Positions 1-11,558 of a stretch of DNA of 64,000 nucleotides are shown in pieces. The stretch is from Anthoceros angustus (lineage: Eukaryota; Plantae; Anthocerotophyta): positions 186,001 to 250,000 of the forward strand of contig VJWM01000226.1 of NCBI GenBank assembly GCA_010909165.1. The letters run 5' to 3'. The stretch's first letter is position 1. Each line of letters starts with the position of its first letter. The notes below the pieces were generated by a model that had not been told where the DNA came from, searched no databases, and saw only the letters and a list, made by a program, of their open reading frames with translations. The translations under genes were made by a program, and so were the position numbers.

Positions 1-3000
1 TTGTGTTAAAACAATTCATGGGCCTCAAGATGAAAAGCAGACTGTGGATAAACATGTACTTGAGTTTCGCAATTCGCGAGCCAAGTTGGTTGGTTCTGCA
101 GTTTTGCATTGGAGGAGGAGCTCCTTGCATTAATTCTTCTTACCGCCGTAAACTTGGTCAAGTGTGGTACAAGGCTGCAGGATGCACCATCCATCACAGT
201 TAATCGAGTGATAGCAACAATGTTAACAGAAGAGTCAAGAAGGAAAATAGCAAATACTTCTCTTTCTCCAGGAGGAGACAAGGCCCTTTGGACGGCCAAA
301 CCTGGTAGAGGTCGTGGCCGAGGACGTCCATTTGGTAGGGGCCGAGGTCGTGGCCGAGGTAATAACTCAAGGCCTCTAAGCTTTGGTGGTGGCAGAGGCA
401 AGCCCCCTTGTGGGCATTGCGGCATGACAAATCATACCTGGGAAGTCTGCCGCAAGAGACTGGCTGGAGAAGGTGGACCTTGGTCATCTAGCGATGACCA
501 TGCAAAAATACAGAAGGCATTCTTTACAAGTGTCATTCATGACACCACGGTGAACTCATCTCGAGATCACAACTTCCATCATTGCAATGTGGTCACTTGC
601 TTTGCCACCATCCATCACACACATGGTATATAGGAGCCTCGCATATGACCCCCATCGCATATTTTACAGAGTTGAAGGAAAGCACACTGCAAAATTTGTG
701 TGCTTAGGAGACAATTCCAGCATGAAATTGCTGGTCGGCACCATTCAACTTGATTTGAAACCCAATCGGCATAGAAATTTCGGATGTGCTTTACATTGGC
801 AAAGAACCTAGTTTCGATTCGGAAGATGGATCAGTCGGTAGTTATGTGTGTTTTGGACGGCAAGTGTCTCGTTGAGTCGAAGGATGGCACCCTCTTGGCC
901 CTGGCACTGCAAAGGACGATCTTTATCATCTCGACATGAAAGAAGAAAAGGCACTCGACTTCACACACTATGCCAAACCCTCTCTTACCTATGGCATCTT
1001 CGCTGGTCATATCAATTTTCGAGCTTGTGACTATGTACAAAGATAAGCTGGTGGAAGGTATCACTCTTGATAACTGCAGAATTTTGGAGTATGCGGCTTG
1101 TGTCCTAGGTAAACACAAGCGTCGTCTTTCCCTCGGCAAAGCAACCCGAGCAACGGAGATATTAGGGCTAGTTCACGATTGATGTATGTGGAAAACTCCG
1201 GTTTCTCTTGGAGGGAAGGAGTACTTTACCACATTTATTGACTACACACGCTTTTGTAGTGTATTTTCTGAACAAAATCGATACTCTTGCATGCTTCAAA
1301 GAGTACAAGATATGTGAGACCCAAACCGTCGTCTGAAAAACTGCGGTCGATAATGGCGGAGTATGTCTCGAGAATTTGATGCGTTTTGCAGCATAGCATA
1401 GGTAGGCAATTAACCCATACCCCATGAGAATGGGGTTTCGAGAATAAAAATCGGTCTTTGGAGACATACGCTTCCGATGCTTCATTATGCAAACTTGCCC
1501 AAAGCATCGGGCGTGATAAGTTATGCTACCTACATTGAGCAGGATAGCACATCGCTTAAGGCAAGACTCCTTACGAATTGTGTGCGGGAAGCCCAATCTC
1601 TCGCATCTTCGTGTGTTTGGCTCGTGGTGTATACTCACATCCACAAGGACTGCGTGAAGTTCGAACCCAAGTCCACTCCGCATTTTTATTGGGTTCACCA
1701 AGGAATCAAGGGTATAAGGTCCCTGAGCAGAAGAAGCGAGGTAGTTACCCATTCACGTGATGTGGTGTTTGTCGGTGAATCTCACCAGCCCGGTGGGAGC
1801 ATTGCGTTACAAGGCAAGGTTGGTTGCAAAAGGGTATTCGCAAATACCTGGAGTGGACTACGATGATACGTTCAGTCCTGTAGTGAAGCTGAATACCCTG
1901 CGCATGTTTATAGCACTAGCTGCAGTGAATAATCTTGAGCTGGAGCAGCTGGACGTTACTACAGCATTTTTGTATGGGAACCTGCACGAGGAGATTTTCA
2001 TGCAAGTTCCAGCGGGAGTTCCAGTGCCTCCAAATGTGCCTCGTCCGATGTAAGCTCCAAGACTTTGTATGGGCTTAAACAAAGCTCCGAGCATGGTATG
2101 AAAGAATTCACACATACTTGATGGACCTTGGATATGAAGGCTTACATCTTGGCGGCAATGTCTACGTAAAAGAGAAAGTAAAGATTTCTTGGCACTTGCC
2201 ATTTATGTGGACGATATAATCATTCTCGAACTCTCACGCATGATATTTGAATTAAAGGAGCACTTGAGAAGAGCTTTTAAGACTACGTGGTGCACTTGCC
2301 TCGCCTAGGTATGCGACTACATAGAAATCGAGGTCGGTACTATTTTCCTGTACCAACGTAAATATGCCTTGGAAATTTTAGAAAGATATGGCATGAGGCA
2401 AAGCTGTTGCGACTCGATGAGCAAAATGTCAAGTATACGACAAGTTGGCGATATACCAAGAGGACGCTCAATATGTTGAATTGTATCCTTCAAAGAATGG
2501 AAGCTGATGCATTTGATGATAGGAAGCAGCTGATCTTGCCTTCACCTCGGATGACTTCACGGTTTGTTTCAAACCCCAAGAACTCATGAGGACGATGACA
2601 AGGGTCTATAGGTACATTTGGAACAGTTGGGGAATTTTGTATAGCTCAAAGGCAAAGAACCTAGTTTCAGATTCGGAAGATGGATCAGTCGGTAGTTATG
2701 TGTGTTTTGGACGGCAAGTGTCTCGTTGAGTCGAAGGATGGCACCCTCTTGGCCCTGGCACTGCAAAAGGACGATCTTTATCATCTCGACATGAAAGAAG
2801 AAAAGGCACTCGACTTCACACACTATGCCAAACCCTCTCTTACCTATGGCATCTTCGCTGGTCATATCAATTTTCGAGCTTGTGACTATGTACAAAGATA
2901 AGCTGGTGGAAGGTATCACTCTTGATAACTGCAGAATTTTGGAGTATGCGGCTTGTGTCCTAGGTAAACACAAGCGTCGTCTTTCCCTCGGCAAAGCAAC

Positions 3001-4270
3001 CCGAGCAACGGAGATATTAGGGCTAGTTCACGATTGATGTATGTGGAAAACTCCGGTTTCTCTTGGAGGGAAGGAGTACTTTACCACATTTATTGACTAC
3101 ACACGCTTTTGTAGTGTATTTTCTGAACAAAATCGATACTCTTGCATGCTTCAAAGAGTACAAGATATGTGAGACCCAAACCGTCGTCTGAAAAACTGCG
3201 GTCGATAATGGCGGAGTATGTCTCGAGAATTTGATGCGTTTTGCAGCATAGCATAGGTAGGCAATTAACCCATACCCCATGAGAATGGGGTTTCGAGAAT
3301 AAAAATCGGTCTTTGGAGACATACGCTTCCGATGCTTCATTATGCAAACTTGCCCAAAGCATCGGGCGTGATAAGTTATGCTACCTACATTGAGCAGGAT
3401 AGCACATCGCTTAAGGCAAGACTCCTTACGAATTGTGTGCGGGAAGCCCAATCTCTCGCATCTTCGTGTGTTTGGCTCGTGGTGTATACTCACATCCACA
3501 AGGACTGCGTGAAGTTCGAACCCAAGTCCACTCCTTTGCATTTTATTGGGTTCACCAAGGAATCAAGGGTATAAGGTCCCTGAGCAGAAGAAGCGAGGTA
3601 GTTACCCATTCACGTGATGTGGTGTTTGTCGGCGTGGAATCTCACCAGCCCGGTGGGAGCACTAAGGGAGCTCGGCATACCAGGGGGCGATAGACTTGTT
3701 GTGCGATAATCGAGTGCAATTGCGTTGACAATGAACCCTCGCTTCCACGCAAGGACCAAACATATTGGAATCGAACATCATTACATTCGTGAGACTGTAG
3801 CTCAAGGTTTGGTAAGGATTTCCTACTGCCCTACAGAAGTCATGACTGTAGACATCCTGACAAAGGCTTTGGGACGCATTAAGCATTACGAACATGCAGC
3901 TGCCATGGGCCTAAGGTCAGCCGGTAATCCTTTGAAGTGGAGCACACGAATCGAAGAATAAGCTGGGAACGTGAAGATTGACATGATGCCGATACCCGCT
4001 TTGGGCTGACGAGTTTCTTTGCGGGTTATCAGGTCTTCTTGTTAGATTTTACGTTTCATAGCATTCAGTATTAAATTATATGTAAATATGACAATTTATA
4101 CACATCCTAACTCTAGACCTGAGTGGGAGTGATAGTATACGCTAGTTGTACAGGTCGTAGGTTAGGACAAACCCTAACCGTCAGGACACGACTCTTGGGT
4201 GTCCAAGACAGCGACATCTCATTCATTCATTCATACGATTACCAGCTCTCGCGAACGCTCGCACTTGTCA
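1..4270 (+). mobile_element. Ty1/Copia LTR retrotransposon, degenerate and internally rearranged (5' end outside the window)
   Basis: gag with a CCHC knuckle (CGHCGMTNHTWEVC, ORF 109-633); integrase-region fragments at ~800-1770 and again at ~2650-3630; RT motifs RYKARLVAKGY..TFSPVVKLNTLR..LDVTTAFLYGNL (1757-2053) and IYVDD (~2201); RNase H TKHIGIEHHYIRE..DILTKAL (3725-3961). The integrase-before-RT order is Copia-type. Confidence 0.9.
3979..4270 (+). repeat. Putative 3' LTR of the Copia element
   Basis: Lies just after RNase H and a purine-rich tract. It is bounded by the inverted termini TGACA (3979) and TGTCA (4270). The partner LTR is not in the window. Confidence 0.6.
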
Positions 4271-4690
4271 AGCCATGCCCCGGAGCTGCATCAAGGGGCC
4301 GCCGTCGCCTAAGATCTGGAACAGGGACAGGTCGTTCAGAGGAGCAGAGAACTTGAGCTCCCCCTGGAACTGCATCCGCCCGCTGGTGTAATCATTGTTG
4401 ATTCGGATTTCGAGCCGGTCGACGTCGGTGTCGGTGATTGTGAACGTTTCCAGGGTGCCGGACTTGGTGTAGGTGCAGCCGTTGCCGGGGCAAGTGTAGC
4501 TGGTGGGATTGTTGGCAACGTTGCCTGCCTTAGCGGTGCCTGACTGGGTCTGGGTCTGCAGACTGTTGGTGTAAGTCCGCTCTGTCCATCCGGAGCCTTC
4601 CACCTGCGCTAGCGCTCTACCCACTTGGACGATGCTGCTGAGAAGAAGCATGGCCAGGACCTGTGTAAGTGGCGCCGATTGGAGGGCCAT
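4268..4690 (-). pseudogene. Secreted PL7 alginate-lyase-2 / citrate-binding-protein-like gene, truncated by the LTR insertion
   Basis: Signal peptide MALQSAPLTQVLAMLLLSSIVQVGRALA. The segment RLEIRINNDYTSGRMQFQGE..LFQILG..LMQLRG resembles the R-x-E-I-R..DY-x-SG..QF-x-G..QI-x-G pattern of the Alginate_lyase2/CBP family. The stop codon is the reverse complement of the LTR terminus TCA. Confidence 0.6.
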
Positions 4691-5390
4691 TGCCTTGGAT
4701 GGGGGTGAACGTTCACTGACGATCCAAGCCTCCAAAGTAGGCCTAGTGTTTATCAGGACCCCATGGATAATATTTGTGGATATGATTGGCTGGTGATGAG
4801 GCAGGCCTACGCCATGGCGATATGTATTGTTTGTGCATGAAGTCGAGCTTGACTCCAGTCAAGCTGTGTAGTAGAGGCATAGCTTTCAAGACTTTCAATT
4901 CGGTAGGTGCGTGGTAGGTGGTGGGGTAAAGACGCTATTGTGAACTGTTTATATTCAATGATGTTAGTACTATATACCAGCAAGTGGGAAGACCCACGAA
5001 AGGGAACTTTTTTGAGGGAGAGAGCCCATCAAACAGAGGACATCACCAAGGGTCGCAGTACAAAGGAGCAAGTTGAAGACCGCAGAAAGTAGGGTCCCGT
5101 TCAAAGACCGAGAAAAGTAGGTTTGCCAGACGTCAGTAGTAGTGTGGGTACCTTGGCCTTGTAGAAAGGTAAGCAGCTTCGCTCTGGTGGCATGGACGCC
5201 TGAAAGCAGGCCTAGGATTACTATTCGAGGACCTTGGGTATGCAAGAAACCTCCAGAAGACTTACGTCCCAGATGAGGTGGAGGTGGTCCAACTCCTGCA
5301 AATCCTATGTTGCAGCTGCACGTCATGGCTGAATACTGTCAGTAGACACTGTGGAAAGTGATACCGAGTTCCTATTCCATCCGCACCCAC

Positions 5391-5451
5391 TCTCTGGAGC
5401 AAGCTCGTTCATTCTCTGGAGCAAGCTCGTTCATTCTCTGGAGCAAGCTCG
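5391..5451. repeat. 22-bp tandem repeat, ~2.8 copies (TCTCTGGAGCAAGCTCGTTCAT)
   Basis: Direct inspection of the sequence. Confidence 0.9.
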
Positions 5452-5605
5452 ACCCACTTCATCACTGTCTCCTTGACGGAACGATACCCCGTCTTTATAT
5501 CCACAGCAGCAAGCTGCGAATCCGCCCACGCTGGCTATACATCTCTTGCCGCTGTCCAGTAGGATAGATGTTTCTGGTGATTCAATGAAGGGCACAATCT
5601 GAGCA

Positions 5606-5648
5606 CCGTCTGGTTCTTAATTGTTGACCGTCTGGTTCTTAATTGTTG
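5606..5648. repeat. 22-bp tandem repeat, 2 copies (CCGTCTGGTTCTTAATTGTTGA)
   Basis: Direct inspection of the sequence. Confidence 0.85.
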
Positions 5649-5697
5649 CTTGATGAAAACAGCTCTCAAAAAGTTCTTAGTTGCTTCTTAGTTATTC

Positions 5698-7311
5698 TCA
5701 CGGTCGACCATTACAACTGCAAGAACCAGCCGCGAATCGATGCACACGGTATCCATCCCTTACAACAATGTCTCTCTGTTCAAGCCTTGACATGATCTCC
5801 GTGGAATTGTGGCAGTCACTGCACATGCGTAGATTCTTCGTTACCACCAGGGGTGTGCCATCCGGCGTGTTCAAGAGACCAAATGCCAGAGCTAGCTTCT
5901 CAGCATGCCCACACAGCGCATCTTCCTTTTCCTTCTCACACAGCGGCCTCATAACCAACTTTGTGTCAGGTACGTGGCCTCCTTCCTGCTTCACACGTGC
6001 ATTTGTGCTCTCTACCTTCTCTGCAATATCCTCTCTCCTCTCACCCACCAGAAATCGATGTACTTGCTTATTCACCTCAATGGTCGCCACTGCAGGTTTC
6101 TTGTTAGCTCCTGCTACCCTCCTCTGAGTTTCAATCCTGTCTACATCGGTCCACCTACCTGCATCTGCATAGGTGTTGGCCATGAGCACATATGCGGGCG
6201 CCTCAAGGGGGTCCAGCCTAACAATGCTTTCAAAACACCACGCCGCTCTCTCTATATCCCCGTGACTTTTGCAGGCATTCAACAAAGACCTCAAGCCCAC
6301 AACATTACTTTGCCCCTCAGATGACGATAGCATCTTCTCTGCCTCATCTAAATGGCCCGCACGCCCAAGAAGATCAACCATGCAGGTGTAATGCTCAATA
6401 GTAGGTTCGATGCCATGCTGTTCAGCCATGGAATCAAAGTGCTTGCGACCCTCGCGGACTAGTCCCTCATGACTGCAAGCTGCTAGAAGGCAAGTAAAAG
6501 TAGCACCATCAGGATGAATACCAGCAGCTAACATCTCCTCAAAACAAACTAGTGCTCTCTGACCATCATCACAAGTACCATACCCAGATATCAGGGCATT
6601 CCATGTCACCACATTCTTTGTGTTCATGCTGTCAAAAACCTGGCGTGCATCTTCCAGTTCACCACATTTTGCATACATGTCCACCAGGCAGGTGCCCAAC
6701 ACTACGTTATCCAGCAGTCCTCTTTCCACAATCTGTGAGTGCAGCTGCCTGCCCTTCTGTAAGGCACCAGTGCTTCCACAGGCCTTCAGAAGGCAAGCAA
6801 AAGTAACACCGTCTGCCAAAATGAGGCCTTCTTGCTCCATTTGTCCATACACAACAAGAGCCTCTTGGCCAAGTCCTTGCTGTGCATACCCAGAAATTAG
6901 GGCATTCCATGTCACCACATCTTTCGTGGCAAAACGGTCAAAAACCTGGCGTGCATCTTTCAGTTCACCACATTTTGCATACATGTCCACCAGGCAGTTG
7001 CCCACCAGTATGTCATCCAGCAGTCCTCTTTTGACAATCTGTGAGTGCAGCTGCCTGCCCTTCTGTAAGGCACCAATGCTTGCACAGGCCTTCAGAAGGC
7101 AAGCAAAGGTAACATGGTCAGCCAAAATGAGGCCCTCTTGCTCCATTTGTGCATACAGAACAAGAGCCTCTTGGCCGAGCCCTTGCTGTGCATACCCAGC
7201 TATCAGGGCATTCCATGTGACCACATCTTTCCTTTCCAAGCTGTCAAAAACTCGGCGGGCATCTTTCAGTTCACCACATTTTGCATACATGTCCACCAGG
7301 CAGCTGCCCAA
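5698..7311 (-). CDS. PPR gene A, intact 3' part: PLS repeats-P2L2S2-E1-E2-DYW:KP (GRP end), candidate U-to-C editing factor
   Basis: 537-aa ORF with P/L/S motifs, KKPAVATIEV, CGHAEKLALAFGLL, RMCSDCH and the terminus CSCNGRP. Confidence 0.93.
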   Translation of the reverse strand: MGSCLVDMYAKCGELKDARRVFDSLERKDVVTWNALIAGYAQQGLGQEALVLYAQMEQEGLILADHVTFACLLKACASIGALQKGRQLHSQIVKRGLLDDILVGNCLVDMYAKCGELKDARQVFDRFATKDVVTWNALISGYAQQGLGQEALVVYGQMEQEGLILADGVTFACLLKACGSTGALQKGRQLHSQIVERGLLDNVVLGTCLVDMYAKCGELEDARQVFDSMNTKNVVTWNALISGYGTCDDGQRALVCFEEMLAAGIHPDGATFTCLLAACSHEGLVREGRKHFDSMAEQHGIEPTIEHYTCMVDLLGRAGHLDEAEKMLSSSEGQSNVVGLRSLLNACKSHGDIERAAWCFESIVRLDPLEAPAYVLMANTYADAGRWTDVDRIETQRRVAGANKKPAVATIEVNKQVHRFLVGERREDIAEKVESTNARVKQEGGHVPDTKLVMRPLCEKEKEDALCGHAEKLALAFGLLNTPDGTPLVVTKNLRMCSDCHNSTEIMSRLEQRDIVVRDGYRVHRFAAGSCSCNGRP

Positions 7312-10177
7312 CAGGTTGTCATCCCACAGTGCTCTTTCGACAATCTGTGAGTGTAGCTGCCTGCCCTTTTGTAAGGCACCGGTGCTTCCACAGGCCTTTA
7401 GAAGGCAAGCAAAAGTAACACATTAGCCAATCAGGCCCTCCTGCTCCATTTGTCCATACACAACAAGCGCCTCTTGGCCGAGTCCTTGCTGTGCATACCC
7501 AGCAATCAGGGCATCCATGTCACCACATCCTTTGGCCATGCTGTCAAAAACCTGGCGTGCATCTTCCAGTTCACCACATTTTGCATACATGTCCACCAGG
7601 CAGTTGCCCACCACTATGTCATCCAGCAGTCCTCTTTTGACAATCTGTGAGTGCAGCTGCCTGCCCTTCTGAAGGCACCAGTGCTTGCACAGGCCTTCAG
7701 AAGGCAAGCAAAAGTAACATGGTCAGCCAAAATGAGGCCCTCTGCTCCATTTGTCCATACAGAACAAGCGCCTCTTGGCCGAGTCCTTGCTGTGCATACC
7801 CAGCAATCAGGGCATTCCATGTCACCACATCCTTTGTGGCTGTCAAAAACCTGGCGTGCATCTTCCAGTTCACCACATTTTGCATACATGTCCACCAGGC
7901 AGCTGCCCAACAGGTTGTCATCCCACAGTGCTCTTTCGACAATCTGTGAGTGTAGCTGCCTGCCCTTTTGTAAGGCACCGGTGCTTCCACAGGCCTTTAG
8001 AAGGCAAGCAAAAGTAACACGATTAGCTACAACCAGGCCCTCCCGCTCCATTTGTCCATACACAACAAGCGCCTCTTGGCCGAGTCCTTGCTGTGCGTAG
8101 CCAGCAATCAGCGCCGTCCACGTCACCACATCCTTTGCGGCCATGCTGTCAAAAACCTGGCGTGCATCTCTCAATTCACCACACTTTGCATACATGTCCA
8201 CCAGGCTGTTGCCCACAAGTATGTCATCGAGCAGTCCTCTCTCGATAATGAGTGAGTGCAGCTGCCTGCCCTTCTTTAAGGCTCCAGTGCTTGCACAGGC
8301 CTTCAGAAGGCAAGCAAAACATGGTCAGCCAAAATGAGGCCTCCTGCTCCATTTGTCCATACAACAAGCGCCTCTTGGCGAGCCCTTGCTGTGCATACCC
8401 AGCAATCAGGGCATTCCATGTCACCATCTTCCTTTCAAGCTGTCAAAAACTGGCGTGCATCTTCCAGTTCACCACATTTTGCATACATGTCCACCAGGCA
8501 GTGCCCACCAGTATGTCATCCAGCAGTCCTCTTTCACAATCTGTGAGTGCAGCTGCCTGCCCTTCTGTAAGGCACCAGTGCTTGCACAGGCCTTCAGAAG
8601 GCAAGCAAAAGTAACATGGTTAGCCAATCAGGCCCTCTGCTCCATTTGTCCATACACAACAAGCGCCTCTTGGCCAGTCCTTGCTGTGCATACCCAGCAA
8701 TCAGGGCATTCCATGTCACCACATCCTTTGTGGCCATGCTGTCAAAAACCTGGCGTGCATCTTCAGTTCACCACATTTTGCATACATGTCCACCAGGCAG
8801 TTGCCCACCAGTATGTCATCAGCAGTCCTCTTTCGACAATCTGAGTGAGTGCCTGCCCTTCTGTAAGGCACCAGTGCTTGCACAGGCCTTCAGAAGGCAA
8901 GCAAAAGTAACATGGTCAGCCAAAATCAGGCCCTCCTGCTCCATTTGTCCATACAGAACAAGCGCCTCATGTCCGAGCCCTTGCTGTGCATACCCAGCAA
9001 TCAGGGCATTCCATGTCACCACATTCTTTGTGTTCATGCTGTCAAAAACCTGGCGTGCATCTTTCAGTTCACCACATTTTGCATACCCAGATATCAGGGC
9101 ATTCCATGTCACCACATCCTTTGTGGCCATGCTGTCAAAAACCTGGCGTGCATCTTTCAGTTCACCACATTTTGCATACATGTCCACCAGGCAGTGCCAA
9201 CAAACAAGTTAGGAGGAATGCCACTGTGCAACACATCACAGTGCACTTTTCTGCCAGATTCCAAGTCGGCGCAAATGCACAAGCTTGAAGGCAGCTACAA
9301 AGACGTGAGCATCCGCCTTCACTCCTGACCTACGCATCTCATGGTACAGTTGTATGGCCTCATTAGGTTTCCCATGCTTAGCGTATGCGGAGAGATTATG
9401 GAAACCACATGAAGGCATCTGGTTTGCCCACCTGGTGAACACATCCATGGCCTCCTCTAGCCTACCTCCACATGCATACATGCGCAAGATATGGTTCCCC
9501 AAGTATGCATTCGAATCGTAGCCAAGTTTGACACTGAGATCATGAACTCGTCGCCCCACAACCAAATCCTTCTTAGCTGTACACAGTTTCAGCAACTTGC
9601 AAAACAGAGACTGAGAAATGGCAGAGTCTGTTTGTGCCAGAGATTCCAGGGCTCCAACAGCCTGAGAGAGCTTCCCCTGCTGACATAACATGCTCACCGT
9701 TCCAGCCGTTACGACGCACATTCCGGATCCTTCGCGCCTGCCGGGTTCAGGCTTATCCGGAGAACTCGACTTGGAAGGAGAGGCACCATGACCCATCTGC
9801 ATATCCAAGGAAACGAGCTGCTCATCAACCCAAGCAGGCTTAAACATGCTGTTTAACCACAGGACCTCGCCGGACCCTTACGCCGGAAGTCAGGCGAACG
9901 GGAGCTCTTCTTATCTCGTCTGTTGTCCCACCACATGGTTGGGTCCAGAAAAATTGTTGCCACAAGTGCTCCTGCTCCTGGAGACGATCGCTGGAAATCC
10001 GTCCCACCACATATTCTATCGAAGAGGTGGGCTCCTTACACTGCTGCACCTGGAGGAGTGGTTGTTTGCCAGGGGTTGACTCCCTAAGGTGAGGTGAGCA
10101 GGAGCTCCTCGTAGAATCTCTGAACACACAGCAATTTGTTGACTCCACAACGGGTCCAGATGCCAAACAGTGGCCAT
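7312..10177 (-). pseudogene. PPR gene A, 5' part (frameshifted PLS repeats, PDF motif, start MATVWHLDP at 10177)
   Basis: Continuous 306-nt PLS units with many 1-3 nt deletions. The N-terminal leader and PDF motif lie at ~9800-9975, with a 1-nt deletion in the T-run. The frameshifts may be assembly error. Confidence 0.8.
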
Positions 10178-11558
10178 CGTCGAGGGACCACTGTGGAAGA
10201 AGGGCCTAAAACAACAAACTATTTCACCGGAAGCCCAGGTTCATACGTCCCTGAAGGGCCTTGCAGACGGTTCTTTAATGGGCACCTGCAAGAAAAATAC
10301 TTCATGGTTTCGACTGTTTGGTCACACGCTGATGTGTTTAGTATGCTTAGTTAACGACTTGTAAATACTGAACAACTGAGTATAGAGATTCCTCTTTCTG
10401 GACTGTCATCCGAAGAGGTGGATCTCGTTAGCGTCTGCGCTCCATGTGCATGTCTCAAAAATGGACATTCACCCTACAAGAGGAAACCAATGTTCTCCGG
10501 CGTACACAGTTGAGCTCGGGCTAGTTTTTCATCATTCTCAGGGTCCATTCTTACAACTGCCAGAACCAGGTGCGAATCGATGCACACGAGATCCAGCCTT
10601 CATGTTCCGACAGTGCCCCATGAACAATGTCCACAGCATGGCAACCGGACCTTTTGTGGATCCAACAATTTGGTCTGTGTACAGGGATTCTACGACCAGC
10701 TCCCCCTCACCTCACCTACGGAAGTCAGGCGAACGGGAGCTCTTCTTATCTCGTCTGTTGTCCCACCACATGGTTGGGTCCAGAAACAATTGTTGCCACA
10801 AGTGCTCCTGCTCCTGGAGACGGTGATCGCTGGACAATCCGTCCCCACCCACATATTCTATCGAAAGAGGAAGTGATGAGCTCCTTACACTGCTGCACCT
10901 GGAGGAGTGGTTGTTTGCCAGGGGTTGACTCCCTAAGGTGAGGTGAGCAGGAGCTCCTCGTAGAATCTCTGAACACACAGCAATTTGTTGACTCCAGGTC
11001 CAGATGCCAAACAGTGGCCATCGTCGAGGACCACTGTGGAAGAAGGGCCTAAAACAACAAACTATTTCACCAGGCCAGGTTCATACGTCCCTGAAGGGCC
11101 TTGCAGACGGTTCTTTAATGGGCACCTGCAAGAAAAATACTTCGCTTGGTTTCGACTGTTTGGTCACAGCTGATGTGTTTAGTATTAGTTAACGACTTGT
11201 AAATACTGAACAACTGTTATAGAGATTCCTCTTTCTGGACTGTCATCCGAAGAGGTGGATCTCGTTAGCGTCTGCGCTCCATGTGCATGTCTCAAAATGG
11301 ACATTCACCCTACAAGAGAAACCAATGTTCTCCGGCGTCACAGTTGAGCTCAGGCTAGTTTTCATCATTCTCAGGGTCCATTCTTACAACTGCAGAACCA
11401 GGTGCGGTCGATGCACACGAGATCCAGCCTTCATGTTCCGACAGTGCCCCATGAACAATGTCCACAGCATGGCAACCGGACCTTTTGTGGATCCAACAAT
11501 TTGGTCTGTGTACAGGGATTCTACGACCAGCTCCCCCTCACCTCACCTACGGAAGTCA
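9884..11558. repeat. ~835-bp tandem duplication spanning the head-to-head junction of genes A and B
   Basis: 9884-10718 is repeated at 10719-11549. CGGAAGTCA occurs at 9884, 10719 and 11550. Confidence 0.85.

Noticed and set aside
4970-5326. 118-aa minus-strand ORF
   Set aside because: No recognisable motif or coding support.
7300-9200. Regular ~306-nt repeats as a CRISPR-like or satellite array
   Set aside because: The repeats are PLS coding triplets. There is no repeat-spacer structure, and the context is eukaryotic.
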